Of a DNA stretch of 64,000 nucleotides, positions 56,644 through 64,000 are shown piece after piece. The position numbers and the translations under genes are program-made. This DNA comes from a virus (lineage: Duplodnaviria > Caudoviricetes): positions 1,656 to 65,655 of the IMG/VR virus record IMGVR_UViG_3300028025_004842. One strand, given 5' to 3'. Each line of letters starts with the position of its first letter. The stretch's first letter is position 1. The notes below the pieces were generated by a model that was not told the DNA's origin, did no database searches, and was given only the letters and a program-made list of their open reading frames with translations.

Positions 56644-57543
56644 TCAAATGTCCTTCGGATTTCCCGATAAAATAAACGAATCATCAATACCCAACTCCGC
56701 CATCTCCTTCTTCGTAGCAGCAGTCTTAGCACCAGCTTTAGCCAAAGCTTTAGCTTTCCCACCATCGAAAGGAGCTAAATAACGTCCTCTCTCCTTCAAC
56801 TTACGTTCTAGTATGCTATACAAATCAGAGCGCTCATTAAACGTTGCTAATGCGTATTCCTTAGTTTTACCCAAACTAATACCTTCCAACGTATAAACGC
56901 CATCCTCATTTACAATTACACCACACAAGATTGCACTAGCCACATTCAACTGCTTATAATCGAAAATAGCATCAACGTGATTCAAGAACTCTGTTCTCTT
57001 AGCTCTATCAACACTAATAGCGCCAGTGTTAAATCCAACCAAAGCATTTCTCAGCTCTCGCTCATCCAATCTCCAAGGTTCAATACCGAAGTGGATAGCA
57101 ATACCCTTATGCTCCGCCTCACTCATAGCCTTATACTTATCAAACACCTCAGCCTTCTCATCATCGTCATTGAACGTTGCTTCCAACTGCTCTCCCGTAA
57201 TTGTAAACAAATACAACGAATCGCTTCTTCTTACACCCGTCAATCCTAAAGCGTCTTCCATATCAGGATGATTCTCCACCCAACGCTTAATCTTCTCATC
57301 ACTAATACCCTTCTTACCCAACTCGATCTCGATAGAATACATATTATCGCGATTAAGCTCCAACAACGCTTTCTTAACCTCTTTCGTACGCTCCACCTCT
57401 ACAATGTCTCCATTGTCTAATAAAGCACGCATAAGCGTTTTATTCTTTTCAGAATCATAATACTCATAGGCAGCATCAATCATTCGCTTACCCGTTATCC
57501 TATCGGCATTCTTTGCTGATATAATAAGTTTGTTACTTGTCAT
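56644..57543 (-). CDS. Conserved protein resembling a crAss-like capsid-module gene, here displaced from the capsid genes
   Basis: C-terminal AI..GVI....G.Y....SLG.T.E.A motif; TATATTTG promoter at 57570-57577. Confidence 0.5.
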   Translation of the reverse strand: MTSNKLIISAKNADRITGKRMIDAAYEYYDSEKNKTLMRALLDNGDIVEVERTKEVKKALLELNRDNMYSIEIELGKKGISDEKIKRWVENHPDMEDALGLTGVRRSDSLYLFTITGEQLEATFNDDDEKAEVFDKYKAMSEAEHKGIAIHFGIEPWRLDERELRNALVGFNTGAISVDRAKRTEFLNHVDAIFDYKQLNVASAILCGVIVNEDGVYTLEGISLGKTKEYALATFNERSDLYSILERKLKERGRYLAPFDGGKAKALAKAGAKTAATKKEMAELGIDDSFILSGNPKDI

Positions 57544-57590
57544 ACTTAAATATTAAAACGTTTTTTTTACAAATATATACAATTTTACAT

Positions 57591-57678
57591 AAACAAAAAC
57601 GCCCCTGATATTACTCAGAGGCGTAGTTGAATCACTCCTTTATCACACAAAATACTAAAACCCGCTATGAACAACAGA
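57591..57678 (-). ncRNA. Candidate standalone small RNA (about 85 nt)
   Basis: TAAATTTG promoter at 57683-57690 (-), no ORF, terminator CGCCTCTGA-GTAATA-TCAGGGGCG-TTTTTG whose G-U pair forms only on the - strand. Confidence 0.55.
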
Positions 57679-57733
57679 TAGTCAAATTTACGCTTTTTTT
57701 TATATGACAAAGCGCAGAATCAAAAATAATTTA

Positions 57734-57874
57734 TACATTTGTCATGCACGCAATGAACATTATACAAATTTTTTTGCCAAAAATATTGCTCTCATTGAGC
57801 AAAGCATAAAAGGTTGTCAAATGCTTGTTGCGTGCAAACAATAAGAATTTGTATCGACTTTCCTTTTATGCTTT
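57734..57874 (+). promoter_or_regulatory. Promoter plus multi-pairing leader occluding the start codon of the HTH gene
   Basis: TACATTTG 57734-57741; three non-nested complementary pairs, one covering ATG 57868. Confidence 0.55.
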
Positions 57875-58791
57875 TACCTACTACGACAATACCGATTGAA
57901 CTCACTAATGCTTTCTTCGAACAGAAGAACAAGCACATGGAGAAGTCGGTATTGTTTTTTTTAGCATTAAAGAGTCTTGAATGGCGCTCATGTGGATACA
58001 TCAAGAACTACAAATCACGCCTCCAAGAAATAGCATCAAAACTTAACTGTTCCGAATCAACATTACGCAGACGTGTAGCAGAACTTAAACAATTAGGGCT
58101 TATATCTCATCATAAGAAAAGCATCGCCCTCAGATCATATTCCCATCTCTGCTCCCTATATAACATAAAAGATTCTCGTAGGCACTTAATATCATTAGAC
58201 ATCTACCTCCAAAATCCTCGATTCGTTATCGAACACATGGCTCTATCAAAAAGCATTGCACAACAGCAATACATCATCAACAAAAAAGTAAACGACATCA
58301 TATCATCTGACCAAAGACGTAATAACAAAACTCGAAGGATTGCTAAAGCGAAACTTAATGAGTTCCATAAGAATAATGGAATATCATTTATAGACGCTGT
58401 AGAGCAATTAAATTTCAACGTGCGTACTGAATCATCATTTGAGAATATCGTTAATCCTAGTAGCTTAAACGAGCTTAATACGCTTAAATCTAAGACAGCA
58501 TTATCTTGTATTGGAATGTCATTATTAATAGGACGTAAATCAGCAATCACTGGTTCAAAGCGTCTTCGTAAAATGACACACTTAAATATGATAAAGCGTT
58601 CTTATAGATATAAAGTGTTATACTATGGGAATGAAGCAAAGCAAGCGTTATCTTATTTAAGAAATGAAGAGCTTTCAACATACATGTTCAAGCGAGGCAA
58701 TTACATACTTTCACCTATTGCTTGTAGTATTGATGTATTGAATAGCGTATCTTCGAGTAAAGTTAATACACTTTTTGACAGAAATCAATAA
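57868..58791 (+). CDS. Winged-HTH DNA-binding protein (replication-initiator/regulator-like)
   Basis: IASKLNCSESTLRRRVAELKQLGLI; ATG at 57868 preferred over TTG at 57814. Confidence 0.65.
   Translation: MLLPTTTIPIELTNAFFEQKNKHMEKSVLFFLALKSLEWRSCGYIKNYKSRLQEIASKLNCSESTLRRRVAELKQLGLISHHKKSIALRSYSHLCSLYNIKDSRRHLISLDIYLQNPRFVIEHMALSKSIAQQQYIINKKVNDIISSDQRRNNKTRRIAKAKLNEFHKNNGISFIDAVEQLNFNVRTESSFENIVNPSSLNELNTLKSKTALSCIGMSLLIGRKSAITGSKRLRKMTHLNMIKRSYRYKVLYYGNEAKQALSYLRNEELSTYMFKRGNYILSPIACSIDVLNSVSSSKVNTLFDRNQ
58259..58286. repeat. 28-bp inverted repeat copy 1 (copy 2 at 63973-64000)
   Basis: CACAACAGCAATACATCATCAACAAAAA matches exactly the reverse complement of the window end. Confidence 0.85.
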
Positions 58792-58796
58792 TACCA

Positions 58797-58997
58797 ATGG
58801 TTTCAGTTAAGAAAGACAATAGACAAGAGCTATCCATTAGATGGAAAGCATTAAAGCAATACGCTAAGTCGTACACAGGAACAACGCATGGAATGAAGAA
58901 AAGAGATTTGATGCAGTTCTATTGCGAAAGACATAATATAACGCCTCCCAATAAAGATTACGACCGTTGGATATTATCGTTGCACATGCAAATATAA
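58797..58997 (+). CDS. Small basic hypothetical protein
   Basis: ATG ORF following the HTH gene. Confidence 0.5.
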   Translation: MVSVKKDNRQELSIRWKALKQYAKSYTGTTHGMKKRDLMQFYCERHNITPPNKDYDRWILSLHMQI

Positions 58998-59043
58998 TTT
59001 GCATTACCGCATTCGCTTAAAAAAGGTTACGTAACTTTGTATT

Positions 59044-62037
59044 ATGGCAACACCTACTACATCAGATTTCTTAGCAGTACCCATAAATGGTACTGACTTG
59101 ATTGCCTTTTTCAGAGGGAGTAATATATCTCGTCCGCTATATTTAAGATACAGCACATTCCTTGAAATCCTTTCACAATCCATAGGAGGAGGAACGCCAC
59201 TGCTATTACAAACCAATAGCGTAGATAATCCATCACAGACATTACTCAATCTAATACAAGGCTCAGGTATCACAATCACTGATAATGGAGCTGGTGGTGT
59301 TACAATAGCTGCAACAGGCGGAGCATCGTTTATAACGTCTATATCAGATACAGCAGATATTGACCTCAACGTTGCGTTATCGAATTTAACAGCGTCATTG
59401 ACAACAACAGGTGTTACGCCTAACACATACGGAAGCTCTACGCAAGTACCACAGATTACAGTGGATAGCAAGGGGAGAATAACGGGTGTTACGCTTGTTA
59501 CGATAACGGCCGGAGCTGGAAGTGTTACGAATGTATCAGCATCAGTGCCAAGTCCTACAACACCTGCGCTCTCTGTAACTGTCACCAATCCCACAACAAC
59601 ACCTGCTATAGCAATCACAGCAAATGGTACTACAGGGCAGTATGTAAGAGGAGATGGTTCGTTAGCAACATTTCCTACAATTCCAGTTGTAACAGGCTTC
59701 GTTCCATACACAGGGGCAACAACAGATGTTAACATAGGAGTACATAGCTTCATTGCTAACGATGGAACATACGATACAGAGATGTCACCATCATTCTTCG
59801 GTGTTGAGAATAATGCTGCTACGATATTCGCATTACTAGAATACAACAAGCTAACGCTTACTAATAGTGTTCTTCCAAGTGTACTAGAAGTATCAGCAAC
59901 AGGGATTACATTCCCCGATTTAACTGTTCAGACAACAGCAGGAGTTACGTCTGTAGGAGCAACAAGCCCTATAACGTCATCAGGAGGAACTACGCCAACT
60001 ATCTCTACATCTATGGCTACCAATAAGCTAATAGGTAGAGGAACGGCAGGAACAGGTGTAATGGAGGAGATAACGCTAGGCACAGGGCTTTCGTTATCGG
60101 GAACTACGTTGAATGCAACAGGTGGAGGTTCTTCCCCTCTTACAACAAAAGGGGATTTATACACATTCAGCACTCTTGACACAAGGCTTCCTGTAGGATT
60201 AGATACACAAGTTCTATTAGCAGATAGTAGTACAGCCACAGGTCTTAAATGGGGAACTAACACAACACCTCCTGCATTAGGATACTACGGAGCATTTTCT
60301 GATGTAACAGATCAGACTGCTGCTGTTATAAACACAGGGTATCCAATGTTATTGGGAGTAACTGATTTAACCAATGGTGTTACAGTTGTTAGTGGTTCTC
60401 GTGTTACAATAGCCAACACAGGAATATATAACATTCAGTGGTCAGCGCAGTTTAGAAATCCAGCAGCATCAGAACATGATGTTACCATTTGGCTTAGAAA
60501 GAATGGAGTTGATGTTCCAGGTTCAGCAGGGGTGGTGTTAGTTCCTGCAAAGCATGGGTCTTCGGATGGACACACGTTGCCATCATGGAACTTCCTTCTT
60601 GATGTTATAGCAGGTGATTATTATGAGTTCGTATGGAGTACAGATAGTACAGTAGTATTTATCTCATTTCAACCTGCTGGAAGCCCTCCTCCATCTACCG
60701 CATCCGTAGTACTCACTGTTACACAACAATCAGGGATATTGGCAGGTACGGGTATCACTGCTATCAATAGCTTGACAGGATCAGTACAGACATTGACAAA
60801 TGGAACATCGGGATTAGCACCTGTATTTAGTTCAGTAGGCACTACACACACGTTAAACATTCCATTAGCGAGTACAGCAAGTGTAACGGCAGGGTTGATA
60901 AGCAATACTAATTTCAATACATTCAATGGTAAGCAGGATGCTCTTACAGCAACGAAGTCAGTAAAGATTGTATCTAGCAATATTGAACTTGATAATGATG
61001 AAACATCTCCAACAGCAAGGAAGTTCTATTCCACATCAGGAGCAGCAGCAAGAGGATGGAGAGCAATAGAAAAAGCGGACTTACCTACAATAATTCAAGG
61101 AGCAGCATATCCATACGTTGAGAAAGAATTTACAAGTTCTTCGGGAGCAAGTGCTATTATTAAAATACCAGGAAGCGATGTAATATTTGCTGCATACACT
61201 ACAAGCAATACAGTTGTTGCTTACAATACTTTAACATCAGAGATATTAACAACAACAGTGGTATCTGGAGCAACAGGATTAGTGTATGTAGCAACAACAG
61301 GGCAAGTTTGGGCATTTGGTTCAACAGCAGCTTCAATAAATCGCTTTACAGCAACTACGGGAGTATCACTTGGTGCTACTGCGGTATTATTATTAACAGC
61401 AAGCTGTAGGGGTGTTTATGATGATTCATCAGTAACAGGAAATGTTTATGCTTACAATGGGGCAACAATGAATGTTATTAATGCTTCTACATATGCAAGA
61501 ACAGGTGTTGCTATAGGAGCTGGAACGGGAAGTAATGAACTTACATTGGTAACATCAGGTGTTCAAGCGGGATTGTTAGTTGGAACAGTTACTACTGGGA
61601 TTTTTGGATTTAACAAAGCAACAAATACACTTGCTTATGGGCCTGGTCTTCCATTCTTTTATACATATATTAAATTTATTCCATCGCTTGGTGTTTTCCT
61701 TGCTGCATCTGTATCTTTAAATATTGTCAGCTTTATTACCCCAACAACATCAACAACACTAACAGTAACAAGTTCAGTTAGGGGTATTCAAGTTCCATAT
61801 CAATTTGAGTTTGACGAAACAGAGAATAGATTATTTATTCCAAGCTCTGCTACAGGAACATTTCATATTAGAATAGCTGTTGTTGAATTAACTACTTTAA
61901 CGTGGATTAAATCAATTTTAATAACTGCTATTACTGCAAATTCCGTTACTTGGGTTGCTTCAGATAAAGCAAATAAGGCATTGTACTTTGTGGGAGCAAC
62001 TGCTGGAGGTTCAATAAATAAAATAGTTTACGCATAA
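59044..62037 (+). CDS. Tail fibre/receptor-binding protein
   Basis: T/G/S-rich fibre repeats (TYGSST.VPQITVDSKGRIT; LTTKGDLYT), a jelly-roll-like module and a beta-propeller-like C-terminus. Confidence 0.8.
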   Translation: MATPTTSDFLAVPINGTDLIAFFRGSNISRPLYLRYSTFLEILSQSIGGGTPLLLQTNSVDNPSQTLLNLIQGSGITITDNGAGGVTIAATGGASFITSISDTADIDLNVALSNLTASLTTTGVTPNTYGSSTQVPQITVDSKGRITGVTLVTITAGAGSVTNVSASVPSPTTPALSVTVTNPTTTPAIAITANGTTGQYVRGDGSLATFPTIPVVTGFVPYTGATTDVNIGVHSFIANDGTYDTEMSPSFFGVENNAATIFALLEYNKLTLTNSVLPSVLEVSATGITFPDLTVQTTAGVTSVGATSPITSSGGTTPTISTSMATNKLIGRGTAGTGVMEEITLGTGLSLSGTTLNATGGGSSPLTTKGDLYTFSTLDTRLPVGLDTQVLLADSSTATGLKWGTNTTPPALGYYGAFSDVTDQTAAVINTGYPMLLGVTDLTNGVTVVSGSRVTIANTGIYNIQWSAQFRNPAASEHDVTIWLRKNGVDVPGSAGVVLVPAKHGSSDGHTLPSWNFLLDVIAGDYYEFVWSTDSTVVFISFQPAGSPPPSTASVVLTVTQQSGILAGTGITAINSLTGSVQTLTNGTSGLAPVFSSVGTTHTLNIPLASTASVTAGLISNTNFNTFNGKQDALTATKSVKIVSSNIELDNDETSPTARKFYSTSGAAARGWRAIEKADLPTIIQGAAYPYVEKEFTSSSGASAIIKIPGSDVIFAAYTTSNTVVAYNTLTSEILTTTVVSGATGLVYVATTGQVWAFGSTAASINRFTATTGVSLGATAVLLLTASCRGVYDDSSVTGNVYAYNGATMNVINASTYARTGVAIGAGTGSNELTLVTSGVQAGLLVGTVTTGIFGFNKATNTLAYGPGLPFFYTYIKFIPSLGVFLAASVSLNIVSFITPTTSTTLTVTSSVRGIQVPYQFEFDETENRLFIPSSATGTFHIRIAVVELTTLTWIKSILITAITANSVTWVASDKANKALYFVGATAGGSINKIVYA

Positions 62038-62216
62038 TGAAAGGATTATTTTCACCTGAACAAGACACCATCACAAGCTATGGGATAGCATATGATGATA
62101 TGTCAGAAGAGGATAACGTGTATCCCATCCCCGATGATTACTCATTTGATAGATACACATACCAATCCATAACTCCAGGAGTATTTAATCCTGATGGATT
62201 TACATTGATTGAATAA
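62037..62216 (+). CDS. Small acidic tail-fibre chaperone-like protein (59 aa, not in track)
   Basis: TAATG overlap with the fibre stop; MKGLFSPEQD... Confidence 0.55.
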   Translation: MKGLFSPEQDTITSYGIAYDDMSEEDNVYPIPDDYSFDRYTYQSITPGVFNPDGFTLIE

Positions 62217-62245
62217 ACAATTACCTTTACAAAAAAATACATACC

Positions 62246-62728
62246 ATGTCTACATCACCAATTGGAACTCGCGTTCCCACGTTAGCACCAAACTCCATCA
62301 TCAGAGCTGGAATCCCATTGTCTGATAACTTCAACGCTACAGATGTAGCTGTGTCTGTGGAATCATTGTTAGCATCAGGAGCATGGACTCCCGAAGTACT
62401 AGCAACAACATATGCAGAAGTACCTATAGTAGATAGCGCACAATATTCAAAAGTTGGGAATGTTGTTAACTGCTCTATATTTTTATCTTTAGAATTAGAC
62501 CCGACTAAATCAGAAGCAGCATTTACACTATCCCTACCATTTGCAACTAATATAGATAGCAAAGAATTAATTGGGATTATAGCATTTAATGGAGATAAAG
62601 CTGAATTCTTATCATGGTCTATTGCTTTTGACACTGTTAATGGAGGGGTAGCGTTGGGGGTTGAGTCAGCAACTAATGGATATATATATAATTATTTACA
62701 CGTAATGTTCCAATATCAAATCGTATAA
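62246..62728 (+). CDS. Virion structural/fibre-tip-like protein
   Basis: SGAWTP...AQYSKVGNVV...SLPF motif of fibre tips. Confidence 0.6.
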   Translation: MSTSPIGTRVPTLAPNSIIRAGIPLSDNFNATDVAVSVESLLASGAWTPEVLATTYAEVPIVDSAQYSKVGNVVNCSIFLSLELDPTKSEAAFTLSLPFATNIDSKELIGIIAFNGDKAEFLSWSIAFDTVNGGVALGVESATNGYIYNYLHVMFQYQIV

Positions 62729-63204
62729 TGGACACCATCACACTCGCCCGAATAGAGCTGTTACACCCCAAGCTGCGTGCAGAAGCAAAGGAGATATACA
62801 TTGCAATATACAACGCTCTTAAAGGGCGTGCTGCCGTTCGCTTCACACATACACTGCGTACAATAGCGGAGCAGGATGCTCTCTATGCACAAGGGCGTAC
62901 AAAGCCAGGGAAGAAAGTGACAAATGCAAAGGGTGGTAGTTCATATCATAACTATGGGTTAGCCATTGACATATGCCTCATCATAGATGGCAAAGAGGCA
63001 TCATGGAACACACTCAAAGACTTTGATGGCGATGGCGTAGCAGATTGGATGGAAGCAGTGGCGATATTCAAAACACGAGGATGGGAATGGGGAGGCGACT
63101 GGGCGAAATTTCGTGATGTTCCGCATTTCCAAAAGACATTCGGCAAGACTACATCGCAGCTTAAAGCGTTAGTGAAGGGTAGTGGGTACCCTGCTCCTCT
63201 ATAA
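62728..63204 (+). CDS. Endolysin, M15 family L-Ala-D-Glu peptidase
   Basis: LRT..EQ..LYAQGRT.PG..VTNA.GG.SYHNYGLAID...WGGDW...D.PHFQ. Confidence 0.92.
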   Translation: MDTITLARIELLHPKLRAEAKEIYIAIYNALKGRAAVRFTHTLRTIAEQDALYAQGRTKPGKKVTNAKGGSSYHNYGLAIDICLIIDGKEASWNTLKDFDGDGVADWMEAVAIFKTRGWEWGGDWAKFRDVPHFQKTFGKTTSQLKALVKGSGYPAPL

Positions 63205-63376
63205 TAATAGCATACATATTCGTACCACGCTTACCCATTTCGTGATGTAGCACAAACCTACATCTGTCGTACTCCTTTGTGCCGTCAGGCACACGCTCCT
63301 CCCACACCTGTAATACGTTACCATGCGGTGTCATTACACACCATTGGTTATTCTCTTTAAACAGCGTTCCGTCCAT
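63161..63376 (-). CDS. Hypothetical protein
   Basis: TAATG-coupled minus-strand ORF. Confidence 0.5.
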   Translation of the reverse strand: MDGTLFKENNQWCVMTPHGNVLQVWEERVPDGTKEYDRCRFVLHHEMGKRGTNMYAIIIEEQGTHYPSLTL

Positions 63377-63579
63377 TATATAATCAGATCGTTTATTACT
63401 ATTCCATGCTCCTCACACTGCTCGTGAATCAGTTCGTGCATCTCTTCGATGTTTTTACACTTACGGCTATTGTGTATCATCTCCCATAGCACTAATGCCA
63501 TTCCTGTTGAATGAATACATCTACGATGCGCTCTTGCATCATCAGGGTCGCTTAAATCGAATGTTAGTCTTGCTTTCAT
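63376..63579 (-). CDS. Conserved small phage protein
   Basis: MKA.L.FDL..PDD..AH.RC motif; start moved to the coupled ATG. Confidence 0.6.
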   Translation of the reverse strand: MKARLTFDLSDPDDARAHRRCIHSTGMALVLWEMIHNSRKCKNIEEMHELIHEQCEEHGIVINDLII

Positions 63580-63794
63580 TTGTTGTAGGTTTCGTTGTAG
63601 TATTGTTCTGGTTTCATTGATGGAATATTTTGGTATCCATCCCAATAAGCCTGTTCTATCTGTTCTTTTTCGATTGCGAGGGCTTTATTCAAAGCTTCTT
63701 TATACTTGCTTCTTAATATCTCGGAATCAAATGATATTACTCCTAATAAGAGAATATCCAAAGATTCAACTGCTGTGAATCTCTTAGCATCCAT
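63576..63794 (-). CDS. Conserved small phage protein
   Basis: TAVE.L...A..IEKEQIE.AY..G...EQYYNETY motif common in Bacteroidota phages. Confidence 0.65.
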   Translation of the reverse strand: MDAKRFTAVESLDILLLGVISFDSEILRSKYKEALNKALAIEKEQIEQAYWDGYQNIPSMKPEQYYNETYNK

Positions 63795-63999
63795 AATGCC
63801 CTCCTTTCTCCATTACATCGCCTCTGCTGACTTTAAATTGATTTAAGTAAGCATATATATGCTTTTTAATCTCCTCCTTCTTAGAAACAGGCACACGCAA
63901 TGTAATGTTGCACGTTTCCTCTCCGTAAATAAATTTAGGCCCAGCATTCTTGCGCTTGCCCCCTCTGTTTTCTTTTTGTTGATGATGTATTGCTGTTGT
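63784..63999 (-). CDS. Partial small DNA-binding protein (RGG.R.NAG motif, RHH-like), 5' end missing
   Basis: Hand translation ...KENRGGKRKNAGPKFIYGEETCNITLRVPVSKKEEIK... Confidence 0.55.
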   Translation of the reverse strand, partial: TTAIHHQQKENRGGKRKNAGPKFIYGEETCNITLRVPVSKKEEIKKHIYAYLNQFKVSRGDVMEKGGHYGC

Positions 64000-64000
64000 G

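Noticed and set aside
58986-59004. ATGCAAAT-ATA-ATTTGCAT palindrome
   Set aside because: Could be an operator or antisense promoter, but it is AT-rich, single-copy and has no further support.
1-64000. Stop-codon reassignment, CRISPR array, DGR or intron as in some crAss-like phages
   Set aside because: Core genes are intact in the standard code with all three stops used; no repeat-spacer array, reverse transcriptase or split core gene was seen.

Overview
The window is most or all of a tailed dsDNA bacteriophage genome, very likely infecting Bacteroidota. Evidence for the host: many TAnnTTTG '-7' promoters, no Shine-Dalgarno sites, a DUF3127 gene and T9SS-cargo-like and PAS-HisKA genes of Bacteroidota type. 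1-18.8 kb (+) holds small early/accessory genes plus a beta clamp, ParB-like, RadC/JAB, HNH, a lambda-O-like initiator with internal iterons, DnaB and a C5 methylase. 18.8-52.6 kb (-) is a podovirus/crAss-like morphogenesis module (TerL, portal, scaffold, capsid, ring/muzzle, ejection proteins, tail hub/fibres, holin) with a ferritin inside it. 52.6-64 kb is mixed: serine recombinase, an operon of small basic proteins, HTH protein, tail fibre and M15 endolysin. No DNA or RNA polymerase, tRNA or CRISPR array was recognised. The best novel candidate is a set of matched Cys-containing N- and C-terminal modules that could link three putative ejection proteins head-to-tail (1187 aa -> 138 aa adaptor -> 1455 aa). 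Also notable: two pseudoknot-type leader RNAs, a standalone sRNA that may pair with translation starts, a domain flanked by a 17-bp direct repeat, and a 28-bp inverted repeat at the window edge. All family assignments are from motif recognition by eye; no searches were run.
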